DNA of 64,000 bases, taken from contig NC_045697.1 in assembly GCF_009834535.1 (NCBI RefSeq), forward strand, positions 79,362,001 to 79,426,000. The letters are read 5' to 3'. The notes beneath the pieces are model-generated. The model worked only from the letters and a program-made list of their open reading frames with translations. It had not been told where the DNA came from and made no database searches. Source of the stretch: Camelus ferus. Lineage: Eukaryota. The translations under genes were made by a program, and so were the position numbers. Positions 50,588 through 63,996 of the stretch are shown in pieces; the first letter of the stretch is position 1, and each line of letters starts with the position of its first letter.

Positions 50588-52454
50588 CTGAAGAAAAAAA
50601 AACTGATTAAATAAAAATGTATTACAGACATCACCCAGGCTCTAGGAAACTGGGTACACATATAAAAAAAGAAAAAGTGCCAACATGCTTTCCACACACA
50701 CACACACACACACACACATAAACACACAAAATCATATTTCTTTAAAAATAATTTTTTATGGTTTTAGTATCAAAAAAGTAAAGATTCCAAAACTTAATTA
50801 ATACTCTGACTTTTTTAAGGCTGACAAACTTGAAATCCTTCTCTTTTTCTTTCCCCTCTTAGCTAAGGATTTCCACACCACACCCCTACCCCCATAACTA
50901 CATTATATTTACATAACATTTATGTTTTCAAAGTACTTTACAGCCAAGAAGGAATATGTCATTCTCATTTTACAGATAAGATTGCCACCAAAGCCTGAGG
51001 TAAGATGACTACCAACTGGCAGAGTTACGAAGAGAACTCAAAACTAGTTTTTTGTTCGCAACTTAATATTGTTCTCAAGAGACCGAAGTTCACCGTTCAT
51101 TTAGCCATGTGTTGTAACTTCCTTTATATATTTATTACACTCATAAATTAATATGTTGACCTTCAGGGTAAAGAAGATTTTTAGCTTCATTCTGATACAT
51201 TGCTATGCGATAAGAGTTCAATTCCAGTAAACTCATGTAATGGCAGATTTTGTCTGTTTTACAATTCCTTCTGTCAGCAGTGTTAGTAATAGTTATATTA
51301 CTGAAAATGTAAACAGCAATGTTTGTTGAATAAATAAAGAATGAATAATACTGCACGGTAACTATACAAGCTTAAAGTTTTTATCTGACAATGCTATGGT
51401 TTCCTACTTTATAATAATGTACCTTCTTGACAGAGTTTCTATTTCTTGGAAATAAACTCTGGAGGTCACTTGGAAGGTAGGAGAGCAGTAGGTGAGCCAA
51501 TAACATTCTTTTATAAGGTGTTATATTGTAATTCTAACCAGTTGATCAAGCAACACTGACAGAAAAGTTAAAACCTCATTAAAAAGTAAAATATTCATGG
51601 CATAACTATGAAAATCATCTATATCTCATTGTCACTTCACTTGTTTTAGGTACCCCCTCCTCCCATACTGACTCTTCCCTACCCTGTTTCCTCTACCAAC
51701 CACATGCACTAAACCTCCTCCAACCCACCACCCAGTCATGCTACAGTTTTTATTTTTCTATTCTCCACGATGACCAAAAAATTACCTACAACATCACCCC
51801 TTACCCAACATAACCTCAGAATCAGAAGAAGGTACATTGATGAGATTACAAGAAAAGAGAGAGACAAAAGAAAAATTGGTGGAAGGGATCCTACAGAATG
51901 TATTATACTTATCAAAAGCAGGAAATCACTCACAGGAAAGAGTCACAATGTATGAAAACACAGAGGCCTGAGAGTGCAACAGAGGTAGCAACAGTTGAAG
52001 AGTTCCCTGATATTGCCAAGACCACAAGGCAAAAAAGGGGATACTAAGAGGTTATGCTAAGGTCAAGCAATGGTATTGATCAGAGATCCATAATGAATCC
52101 TCTCCTTAGGAGAGAAAGGGGCTATAGAGGGGCCAGTCTCTGGAGTTACAGCTGTGAGAAGTCTTGCAACAGTAGAAGACACTTCCAGGAGTCAGTGATA
52201 AGAAGTTGAGAGGAGAAATAAGAAGGAACTAGACAGCTAGAAGGGAATATTGTATTTGGAACTAAGAGCCACCTGCAATAGAAAAGGTCAAAGGGAGAGA
52301 GAGTAGGGGAAGGCTTTAGGGCATAAGACACTGAATGTGGTTTCAAAATTATTTTTAGTTTAGTAACAATCTCTAAAATGAAAAACCTCATTTTATGCAG
52401 ACAGATAGCTATTAGAGCAACATGGTAACAATTATCTGAGAAAGTAAAGATCAC

Positions 52455-52578
52455 CAGGTAAAGTTCTTGCTTTCAGGGACTCCTCAGAGAATTCTAACAT
52501 GAAGTCTTCATCTCTTGAGTTCAGAGAAAAAGTAGAAAGAGGGCTTAATGTTGAGATCTTTTGTTCTGGTGATGTCAC
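52455..52578 (-). CDS. ZGRF1: ZGRF1 exon 11 (3' boundary uncertain): VTSPEQKISTLSPLSTFSLNSRDEDFMLEFSEESLKARTLP
   Basis: Good acceptor (AG 52580-52579). The only plausible phase-1 donor near the 3' end before the in-frame TAA (52434-52432) is CTG|GTGATC. Confidence 0.7.
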
Positions 52579-53799
52579 CTATTCAGAAAGAAGAAATAAA
52601 ACTACAGACCAGGATTTTTTTATTGTATTTTTCCCCTATAGTTTGAATGATTTCTAATAACTGTATTATAAAAATAATTATTTCAAGCACATTAGGTAGA
52701 GCTACAGTGGGGCAAAGTTTCTTCCAAAAGCGACAGGATAGAATAAACTCACTAAAATAAATAATAATAATAGAAAGTGAAATACAGAACATAAAACCTG
52801 ATGGATTTATGTGAAATGAGTCAGATCCTGATTTGGATTGATCTGGGTTATGGAAATTTGGTTCTGAAGATAAGTTTCTAGTCTGAGGGGCTCAGACTTA
52901 ATCAGACCTCATGTTTGGAGCCGTGCAGATAAAACTTCCTGCAGACCCAAGGACTGAATAGCTTTTCTCGGTATTCTCAGGTCTAGGGTTTATCTGCAGT
53001 TGATCTAAACTTCAAAATACTGTTCCCAAATGGAATAAACTTTTTTGAAATATTCCACATCTGAACAGTCATATTATTCACTATGTTATTATTTTCAGAA
53101 TGGTATTTAATTTTGTTGCTGCTTCCAGAAATTAATCACCTTAAAAATCTAATATGATGATCATATTTAATATACGTATCTGTGTAAGAACAGAATACAA
53201 GTTTGGAAGAAAACATATCAAACTGTTAAGAGTGGTTTCTAATAGAGGCAGGATTAGGGGGAAAGGTTCTTTTACTTATAATCCTATACCCTTCTGAATG
53301 ATTTGAACTTGTTAAAATATGCTTGTGTATTTGTTTTTTGAGTAAATGACAATAAAGATAAAAAGATTATTTTTAGATTTTAAAACATTTTCTTCATTAG
53401 CTGCTTGGATCAAGGTGCTGTGCTATGAGCTAAGAATGTGAAGATGAATACTCATGGTCCCTACACTCAGGGAGTTCAGTTTAATAGAAGAAACAAACAA
53501 ATGGGAAATTACAATTCAATCATCAGCATAATAGATTTACTGTATTATTAAGTTCTTACTGTGTGCCCAGGACTATTCTAAGCACTTTGTATTTTTAACT
53601 TACTTGATCCTTAAAACAACCATATGAGGTGGGTACTCTTATTTTACAACTGAGGGAACTGAGAAAAAGCAGTTAAACAATTATATTTGCTGAAATTCAC
53701 CCAACTTATAAGCAGCAGGATTGGAATTCAAACACAGGCAGTCTAGATTGTACTGTCCCTTCAAAACAAGAGAACAATCACAGGCAATACTTACTGAGT

Positions 53800-56000
53800 A
53801 TTACACCCTGTTCCCATAGTACTTTCTCTACAAACCTGCCAGAGAGTTCTTGCCAAATGTAAATTCAATCGTTTCACTCCTCTCACTAAAATTCCAATGG
53901 TTCTGGATCTCTCTCAAAGTACAATGCAGCTCTGACAATGTCTCATGGAACCGCCCTGCAAGATTAGGAACCTTACCTCCTCTTCAAACTCACTCACTCC
54001 ATGGCAATCTCCTTGCTGTTCTACAAACTGGCCAGCACTCTCCTGCCTCAGAACATTTACATTTGCTATTTCCTGTGCTTGTAATGCTCTTCCTCCAGAT
54101 ACCTGCATGGACCTCTTTCTTCCTTCAGATCTCTACTCCAATGTTATTTTAGCAGAGAGGCCCTACTTGACCTATGTAAAATAGAACTCTATCCACATCT
54201 GCACTCTTATCCCTCTCACATGGCTTTATTGTTCTCCATAGCACTTAAAACCCTCTTATTGTCTGTCTCTTTTCATTAGAATTTAAGTTCCATGAGGGCA
54301 GGTCTTTGCCTGTTTTATTCACAGGCCTATCTCTAGCACCTAAAACTGTGCAACACACAGCAGTTGCTCAAGAAATAGTTGATAAAGGAGTGACTGACTG
54401 ACCAAATATGGTATTCTAAAGAGTTTTACACAAACACTGCCTCTATTTTCTTACCTATTCACTATTTAATCCACTTTTTACTGATTTCTACTCTATTTCA
54501 CTGCAAGTACTCTTGCCAAGGTCACCCAAGACCTCCAAGTTGCCAAATGCGATGTTTCTTTTCTCATTTTATTAGATGTCTCACCAATAATTGATATAAC
54601 TAACCCTCTCCACCCTCCAGTTCTTCAGAATGGGATATGACACACTCTCTACTCTAAATAAACCTATCCATTCTCAGTACTTTAAACTTTTCTATGTGTA
54701 AATGACTACACAAACTTCTCCTCTGAACCAGACCCATGTACCCAACTTCTTACTTAACATCTCTACTTGACTGTCACACAGGCATTCCTTCCACTTCCAT
54801 ATACCCCCCCAAACCTGGTCCTCCTGATGTGGACTGAACTGTGTCCCCCCAGAATTCATAGCTGAATTTTGTTTTATTGAAGTCCTAACCCCGAATGTGA
54901 CTGTATTTGAAGACAGGGGCTTTAAGAGGTACTAAAGGTCATAAGAATGGTATCCTGATCACACAGCATTAGTGTTACAAGAGAGCTCTCTAGCTCGCCT
55001 GCTCTCTCTCTGTTTCTGTGTGTGTCTCTCTCTCTCACATACCTAGGAAAGCCATGTGAGGATATAGTGAGAAGGGAGCCATCTGTGAGCGGGAGCAGAG
55101 TTCTCACCAGAACTTTGATTTGGGACTTCTAGCCCCCAGAACTGTGACAAAATAAATTTTTTAAGCAACTCATCCTGTGGTATTTTGTTACAGCAACCTG
55201 AGCAGACTAATACACTCCTCCATCTTACTGCCTCAGTAAAGCCCACCGCAGTCCACATTGCTAAATCAGAAAGCAGGAGTCTTTCTCATCCCCTCTTTCA
55301 TCCTATTCTGTACATCCAAACCAGCAACATCCATGCTTCTACCTCCAAAATTTCAACTCCTCTATACTTTCACTGCCACAATCCCTGCTTCAAGTCATTA
55401 TCATCTAAGGGTCTTCTTAACTGGTTTCCCTGCTTCCACCACAGTGCCCATCTAATCCATCTTCCACATAGCAGCCAACAAAACCTTTAAAAAATGTAAA
55501 TTGAATCATGTGACTTTCTGCTGAAAATCCTTCAGTGATTTCTCAGTTGAACACAGCAGTATCAAAGTTTTTAGCCTGACCTAACCTGCAAGACTATGTC
55601 TGGTCCCGCTCATGTTTCAGTTTAATTACTGCTTTCCCTGTCCACAATCCAGCTACTTCGGCCTTCTTTCACTTTCTCGAGCCCGCCCAATTCTTTTCAA
55701 TCTCAGGGTATTTATACTTGTTGTCTCTTTACATGGTATGTTCTTCCCCTCACTGCTGCCATAGCTTAAGACTTCCCAATCATCCATAATGTAGATTCCC
55801 CTATAATTTCAGAGTATTTTCACAGCTTTTCTACATAGTAATTGTCTCAATTCATTTGTTTGTTCTCTTCATTAAAATCTTTCTCCTGCTGCTGGCCTTT
55901 AAAAACAGAAATCATTCCTATTTTGTCCATAACCCTATACCCTAGTTTACAATTTCCTGACCTAAAGAAGGCATTCAATAAATACTGCTGGATTCCTATT
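53800..56000 (+). mobile_element. L2 LINE fragments interrupted by an MLT1 LTR
   Basis: Pyrimidine-rich L2-like blocks ending tagaatttaagttccatgagggcagg...gctcaagaaatagttga and ggcattcaataaatactg. Confidence 0.65.
54825..55214 (+). mobile_element. MLT1A/B-type MaLR solo LTR
   Basis: TG...CA ends; tggactgaactgtgtcccccc...gtgactgtatttgaagacagggg...ccagaactgtga..aaataaatt...gttacagcaacctgagcagactaataca. Confidence 0.85.
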
Positions 56001-57016
56001 TATCATGAATTTCAAATTTCACAGTAAAATTTCATAGTCTATTTCACACATTCCACACATTTCCAATTACGATCATGCTTAGGCATTGCATTATATATTT
56101 GTTACTATTGTTGGGACTCTTTTTCTATTATATTTTCTATTTGGTTTAGGAAAGTTATTAATTTTTCAAGCTTATCTCGTCTTCAGCTCCTTTACAAAAT
56201 TACTCTTAAACCTCTCATTTTTAACTGATTCTTCTAATTTCTATTTCTTCCTTTCTAATTATATATGCCTCTCATTTCATGTAACATTACAGAAAAATCT
56301 GTGAATAACAAAGATAGTAATCATCCACATTTTGTTACTTATTCTAACAGAAATTACTTTGTGCATTTCATTATTAAAATAATGTTGGTTGGTTGTTCAT
56401 TAACTTTCTTGATCATGTTAAAAAAAAATCACCCAGTCTTAAGATTTTGATTTTTCTTTTTAGTTTTTAATAGGCATTTTTTATAAGACTACCAAAATTT
56501 TTTACTCACAACTATTAAAACTTTGTTTACATTATACCTTATTTGCTTCCCACGAAGTACTCTCTGCTGATTTAAAGTTATAATCCAAATAATGGTAAGA
56601 ATGTTCTGAATCTTTAGGAGAGAAATCTAAAATTGCTGTGGGGGAAAAAAAGCATGGATCTTTTCACAACAGTTTGTTCAATGTCAAATACTTTTTAATG
56701 TTAATTTTATTTACAATTTACTTACAATCATTTTCAACTGAGTCCTTATTAGACTCAGCTATCACTTGAAACTTGTCTTCAATATTAAAGTTAGTACCTC
56801 CTTTTGGAAAGTTTTCTTCATCTGAGGACTAGAAAATAGAGATCCATTTATGAGTTTAGAAAAATTATGTGTACATATCCATATCTTATCTATCTCTCTA
56901 TATACCTCTATGTATCCACACATATACATACAGTTATGGTTATAACTTGAGACACAGAAAAACAGAAATATGAAGAACATTATGAAGCCAACTCCATTCA
57001 GGGAAAGCAGAGTACA

Positions 57017-57672
57017 TCATATTTCATCAGTTCTTATGACTCACATTTCTTACATCTTAACATCTTTAAAATAGGGACGCACCTTAAAAATGATGACATT
57101 TTTACACCTCTATAGGACAGGCAACAGTTGTGACATAGCTGTCATTGCCTGTGCATGTACAACTATATGCAAAGTATTCATACTGTTCATATAATGATCA
57201 CTTAAATATGAGTTTGTGCACTGTTAATATTATACGTTATTAAGTAATTTTGCTGTTTAAATGTCTTCAAAAAGATCACACTAAGGTTTAGCACCGAACA
57301 AAAAAGTACTGTGTTCACAGAAAGACAAGAAAACAAAGCAGCGTGATATACAATAAAAATCTATGCTCAAATAAATCTAAGAGTCTTTCAATAAATATAA
57401 CATTAAAAATCTAACTGAAGGTGAAAAGGCTTTGGAGATCTGTTTCATAACACTGTAAATAACTTTCCATTACTAACGTGTGCACATAAAAATGGTTAAG
57501 ATTAAAAAAAAGTTAAGATTCTCAGTTTTATGATTTTTTTTTACTTTTTTTAATGTAAAAAAAGGCAATGATAAAGCATTGTATAATGTTAACTGCTCTT
57601 TTTTCTTAGTGGTATATGTTATAATAGTGCTTCTTACAATTGGTGATAGTATCTTAGAATTTGATGAAATAC
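57017..57672. mobile_element. MER104/Kanga-like Tc2 DNA transposon
   Basis: Imperfect inverted ends tatttcatcagttcttatga ... tcttagaatttgatgaaata; ends resemble the recalled MER104 consensus. Confidence 0.65.
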
Positions 57673-57689
57673 AAAATTTTTTTAAAAGT

Positions 57690-58900
57690 TCAAAAATGTC
57701 AATTCTCCCCAATATCTATGTACAAGATCTATGAAATTCCAATCAAATTCCCAACATCTCTATGTGTATGTATGGAACCTGTTAAGATAATTCAAAGTGC
57801 AAAAAGATAAGAACAAAGTGAGAAGATAAAATCAATTGTAGGTGAATTAGATCGAAATGTGAAAGGCAAAATAATAAAGTTTCTACAATATGAGAGAATA
57901 TCTTCATGACTTTGGGATAGAGGAAAACTTCTTAAACAAAACAAAAAAGCACTAATCAGAAAAGGAACAACAGATAAATTGTATTGCATTAAAAATTATA
58001 AACTTCCATTCATCAAGAGTGAAAGATAAAGTCAGACTCAGGGGAGATAAGCATACCAACTAAAAACTGAGGAAGGAAGCTTAACAAACACATCATGAAA
58101 GAAGAAATGGAGAGGGCTAATAATCATATGAAAAGGTCCCAACCTCATTGTTAGGCAGGAAAATGCAAACTAAAATCACAATGAATATCACTGAAATACC
58201 ACTACATACCCACCAGCACAGCTAAAATTCAAAGCAAAAAAACTGTCATCACCAAGTGCTGATGAAGACGTAGAGTGATGGGAACTCCCATACACTCCTG
58301 ACAGAAAGGCAAACTAAAACAACCATTTGGAAAGCAGTTTGGCATTATCTACTAAAAGTAAAAACATGCACATCTAGTGATTCAACAATCCCACTTCCAG
58401 GTAGTGTCACTAACAGAAGCGTGTCATGTACGTACATGTTAATGACGGTACGTGAATGTTCACAGCAGTATTATCTTTAAGAGCCCCCAAATGCAAACAA
58501 CCCAAACACTGAAGAATGTACTGGGGTGTATTTACACAACGGAATCTATACCAGCAACAAAAATGAATGAAGTACGGCCACAGATAACAACATGGATGAG
58601 TTTCAAAATTGCAATGTTGAACAGAAAAAGCCAGACACAAAAAATACACTGTGTATTACTCTACTTACATAAAGTTCTAAAAAACAAAATTCATATATGG
58701 TACTATAAGTCAAGATAGTGGTTATCTTTGGGGAGAATGGAAGGGGTAGTGATTGAAAGGGGGCAGAAGGGGGCCTTCTGGAATGCTGGTAATGCTCTAT
58801 TTCTTAAGGGTAGAGGTTACCTGGGTGTGTTCACTTTGTGGTAATTATTGAGCTGTGTGCCTATGATCTGCACACTTATTTTGTATGTGTATTAATTAAA
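57690..58900 (+). mobile_element. Old L1 (L1MC/ME-like) ORF2-3'UTR fragment
   Basis: aaatgtcaattctcccc...gaaaatgcaaactaaaatcacaatga...aagccagacacaaaaaatacactgtgta...ttacctgggtgtgttcactttgtg. Confidence 0.75.
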
Positions 58901-59341
58901 AACGGAAAAATTTTTTTAAATCTCTTTAACAGGTATCATTTTAAATACATGCATTATCATCCTCTCTACATAACTTATTCCATTTGGTAGAAATGAGAAG
59001 TACATGGTGTCATATTTAGCGGGGAGGAGGGTGGACATTAGAAGGGAAAAAAAAATCTACCAGCTGTTAAACATATTTTCTATATATAATCTGCCTATCT
59101 GCTCTTGTCATGAATTCCTAGTCTTCTCTGAAGTGAAAAGTAATCCTTTAAATTTCTGATCCTAAAAAGGTGAAAATCCTTCAAATATTTTTATCTTAGT
59201 TTGATTTATTATGCTTCTTCAACTTACTAAACTCCTTTTTAACTTACAACTGTACAAAGATTTAAATACACTCTCTTTGCAAAATTTAGTACTGACATAA
59301 AGGAAATGATTTGGCACGATACAATATAAAAATATTTTTAC

Positions 59342-59527
59342 CTGCAAGAAGTCAATCTGCATACAAGTGCTAGGCAACTTTGGTGTCAGAAAACAAGTGT
59401 CTGTTGTATAGTTATCATATGCAATGCTCTCTGGAAGCTGACTGCATTCTAGCTGTGAGCTGTGTCCTCTGACCATCACAGCACTAGTAGCTGATCCTTT
59501 CACTTGATGCCCTTGAAACTCAACAGG
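59342..59527 (-). CDS. ZGRF1: ZGRF1 exon 10: PVEFQGHQVKGSATSAVMVRGHSSQL...CMQIDFLQ
   Basis: AG/GT flanks, 186 nt, phase 0 to 0. Confidence 0.93.
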
Positions 59528-61119
59528 CTATAGTAAATTATTAAAAATGAGTACTGCATAAATTTATATATTTACAATGCATATATACAAAGAAAATAAT
59601 GCATAATTCAGCTTTCTATTATTACTTAATGTAAATATTTACTGAGACTAATAATGAAAACGAGGAAACATACCTATTTCTCCTAAAACATGTTATGGGT
59701 AGGCTAACTAGTTTAAAGTGCAGTGATTTAAATGCATTCAAGTTCAAGATTAATAAGTATGTTTTTTTAATAATAAACATAAGAAGTAGTAATAACAGGG
59801 TGATTAAGCCAGAAAGACACAGGTGTGCCTTTCTTATGCCTCCACTAGATATTATACAATTTTCCACTACGGACATCATATGATACTACAATGAAGTTTC
59901 TTCTTATCTGTATATTAACTGTACTGCAAACTCCTTGAGGGCAGAAACTTCTCTGCTTCATCAGGGTATCACCTGCATTTAACACCAGGCTTGAAATATA
60001 GGAGGCAAACAAACATATGAAGAAAGAGAAGTAACAGAGGATGCATTTTCCTTTGTTTAAGGGTTTTGTAAACTATCAGGCTATTAGCAAGAGGGATGAT
60101 AGGCTCCCTACCTCCCAGATGGTCTCACCCTATAGCTCTAAGAAAAAAGGCCTATCAGTACCAAGACAGACATGCACCTTGGAGGGGTGCTTTCATCCAT
60201 TCGGAGACTTAGTCTGCTTTCAGACTTCAAATGGCTTTCTCTGCTGCCCTCTTGAGGGTTCTCGGATTTTTACTCTACGCAGGGTGACAAAGCCTACCCA
60301 GAAAGTGGAAAAATAAGACCGCTGTAAAGCCAAAGGAATGTACATAAAGGATAAATTTATTTCAAACTGATAAATTAACAAAATGACAATAATATATAAT
60401 CTGAATAATCTCTTATTTAAAACTGAAGATTCTAAACCACACATTTGAAAGAAAAATCAAATCTAAAATGCCTCTTCAACAGGACTTCTGTTGAAAACAT
60501 TATTCTGAATTTTAAAACACACACATTTCAGTAAAAAAAAAAAAAAGCCTAAAGTTTTTAAAGACTATATATTCTGCTTTGTTTGACTGGGAATACAAAT
60601 TCTCTACAAGCAAATAGATGCCTTGCTTTCTATGCTGCTATGCAGATCTTTTCCGGAGGGCTGTGGAGTTTTAGGGAAAGCATCACTATTTACAAAACCC
60701 AACCATTTATATGCTGTTGTCTCTATCGATTTTTGCTGTGGAGTGGGCAGCACTACTTAGAGCTTGGGTTATATATACTTCCATAGATTCAGCCTGCAGT
60801 AAAAGTGGTGAACTATTTATAAAGATCTTCACTTTGTTCTCCACAGAATATTTATTAATTGTATTTTACATATCTTTGTGTCCAACCTCTAGGGAATCCT
60901 ACGTATAGATAATGCATTATTAGTTCAGAGTAAAAGAGAGAGGGCTCAAAACCAAAAAGAAAAAAGGCAGGGGGTAAGAATTACTAGTTTCTCCTGTTCT
61001 TAAAACCAGGTTAATTCATTATGCTCACTAACCTTCTGCTATGAAAACTCTGATAGTTGTGTAGAAAATAGTAGGAAGACAGAGTGGTTTAGAAAATCAA
61101 CATTCTTCACAAATTTTAC

Positions 61120-61203
61120 CTTAGGGTCACAGATTTTTCTCTCCATTTGTTTAGGAATAAGAGCTGGAAAAGCAGTCTCTTCTTCACTGCCCAAGGGAAA
61201 GAA
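61120..61203 (-). CDS. ZGRF1: ZGRF1 exon 9: FFPLGSEEETAFPALIPKQMERKICDPK
   Basis: AG/GT flanks, 84 nt, phase 0 to 0; resembles the recalled human peptide. Confidence 0.88.
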
Positions 61204-62774
61204 CTAGGATAAAATATCATTAAGTGTATTAGCTAAAATAGTTTTGTAGGTGGTTTATGAGTTTAATGGGAAAATACTCCCCAGACTTAAAGTTTGTCCT
61301 TTGAAAATACACATGTCATCTCCATCTTGCTTCTCTATACAGACCTACAAGTTACCCCTGGCAAAGGAGAACTCTATAGAAAAAGTACTATACTAATTAA
61401 TTCTAAAACTCAGAATATTGAAAATTCAAATTCTAAACTTTTAATTGAATTATTTTAACACTAGAAAAAAATGAATGGGTATGTTATAATTCCCATACTA
61501 ATATTTATGTTAACACTGATTATTTAATTCAAAAATCTGTGTGAAATTAAAGAAGGAAAAATTATAAAAAGTGTAATAATTTAAAGAATGAACCACCTAG
61601 CAACCATAAAACACAAGATATAGACAACAGCAATTAATTATTTTTAGTTCATCAAGTAATTAGATAAAATAGCCATAATTTCTAATATGAATTACAGACT
61701 TAGAAAATGAACTCAACTATAGAAGTACTATTTTTATGTTTAAGAAATATGGAGGGGAAAAATTGTTCTCAATAGACAGAGGAGGTAAAATAATGTATTT
61801 CTTCAAACAATGGTCATTTTCTTTTATAACATTATATATAAGCACAACTGCCAATCAAGTAGCTTTTAAAACATTCAACTTATATTTTAGAACTAGCATT
61901 TTTTAATACAGTGAGTTTTAAAAATAATTAGCATAGTATCCTCTAACTCCTTTGCTATGTGTAGCTAATTACACTTATAGAACTAAGGCAAAGGTGGCAT
62001 TAAGTATATCCTCAAAGAGTACCCTAATTTTAAGTTTTGTTAAGTTCCTTCTATTACTAGTGTCCATGAAGAGATTGTTTCAGAGTTGTAGCAAGAAAAT
62101 TATTACAAAAATACAAATGTACTCCTATATTAATGCTAAAAAGATTTAAATTTTTTTTGCAGAAGACTGTAAGAGCTTTTTCATTACTGTGAGACTATAA
62201 AATACTTTGTTTTAAAAATAAATTTATTTTAAATGGCAACTCATCCTAGAGGGAAAAACAGTGACAGTATTAATTTGCGTTTATACCTTGTGACAACTAT
62301 CCTTGAAAAAGTTTAAACCATATTTTTTTAAGTGATAAAAAAAAACATTAAAATGTGATCATTTGTAAGCTAAATTATGCAGCTGCTGAGTGTTTATTAT
62401 TTTATATATTTGATCTTGTTACATAAGGGTGAAAATGGTTGAGTCACCACAATAGATTTTGTTTGTTTTGTGCTGTTTTAGACAACAGAGACTGCAGATG
62501 TAGCTGTAATTGTCGATGTCGATTCTTCCATTAGGTAACACTTGCAAGTTTGCAAAATTAGTTTTATGACAAAAGATTTGTTATTTAACCAAATCCAACT
62601 GACAACAAAGGACATTTATACAAGACAGCAGGCTCATCTAAATATATATAAGAGGGTAACTAATTACAAATAAGTTTGAAAACTGGCAATATAAAATACA
62701 AATAAAAAATTACATGCCATAACTATATAAATAAGTACAATTTCTGCCTACTTTACATTTTAAAGGTAACTTAC

Positions 62775-62825
62775 CTGCAAAGACTGAAGTGATTCACTCG
62801 GTTCAACTTCATTTTCTTTTATCAT
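62775..62825 (-). CDS. ZGRF1: ZGRF1 exon 8: MIKENEVEPSESLQSLQ
   Basis: AG acceptor, CAG|GTAAGT donor; 51 nt, phase 0 to 0. Upstream exons lie right of the window. Confidence 0.85.
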
Positions 62826-63854
62826 CTTAGGAATAGAATGGTAATATAAGATAAGCCAAAAGGTAATAGTAAGTTAGAAAATAAAATATAAATTTCTATT
62901 AGACATAAGAAATATAACACCATTAATAATAATCAAAACAATAAAAACTAAGTGTTGATTAAACACTATTTTTACTTAGCAAGAATTTTAAAAGATCTTA
63001 GTACTAGTGACTATGAAGTGAAACAAATATTCATACGTAAAACAGTAAGATATTTCGATTTGAGTTGTATCAAGAATCTAAGAAACTTGTTCTTGGCCTT
63101 TCAAGTTGTCAGTTGGAAATACTCTGAATGCCCAAGATAGGGAAGTGTTTGTCCAAAGCGTAGGATATCCACAGGATGGAATGATAAGTAACTTTTTAAA
63201 GGTATGTTTAAGAGTTTTTAATAATGTGAGAAAATACAGTGGTGCTAAGAAGAAAGGACATAAAACTATCTGTACCCATCAATCGAATCCTATCTTTATA
63301 CCAAAAAAAGGCTGGAAATGTTAATAATAATTATCTCTGGGTGGTATGGTAGGTTTTATTTTTTTCTTTACTTTTTTCTATATTTAAAAAAGGAGGAGAA
63401 AATTTATATTATTAAAAAAAAAAATGACCAGTACCATGGAAAATAAGAGCATGATACAAACTGGGGGTAAACAAAACAATGAAAGAATTGTCCCTCCCAA
63501 AGTCCTAAAAGCATCTTTATTGAGTGAGAAACGCTAACCTAGATAATCTGTTCTAGAATTCCAATTCATCATAATTAGTACTATTACTTTCTATATTATT
63601 TCCATGGTTCTCAAACTGGTGTAACGAGGTACTTTTGGGTGCCACAGTGAACTCAATGGGGATTCCACAAGATATTTTAAATTTGAGGGAAATACAGTTT
63701 CATTAGACATCTGTCAGAAAATGAACAAACTACTAACTCAAGGTAGCTCAGTTTCAACAGTGGATCTCGTGTACTTCTTCTAGTGACATCACATCCTTGT
63801 GAAGCTGGGTTTTAGGAAACTGCTATGATAAAAATCAATTACCATGCAAAAATC

Positions 63855-63996
63855 GGGGGGTGAGGGTTATAGCTCAGTGGTAGAGTGCACGCTTAACATA
63901 CACGAGGTCCCTGGTTCAATCCCCGGTACCTCCATTAAAAATAAACAAATAAACATAATTACCTCCTCCCAAAAAATGATAAAAAAAAAAAAAAAA
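63855..63996 (+). mobile_element. tRNA-derived camelid-type SINE
   Basis: tagctcagtggtagagtgcacgcttaacatacacgaggtccctggttcaatcccc followed by an A-rich tail. Confidence 0.9.

Noticed and set aside
21753..62825. ZGRF1 as a pseudogene
   Set aside because: 20 of 21 exons have intact frames, canonical splice sites and matching phases, and the helicase motifs are preserved; only exon 11 is anomalous.
63603..63850. hAT/Charlie-like fragment before the last SINE
   Set aside because: The start resembles a Charlie terminus, but family and extent cannot be supported within the window.
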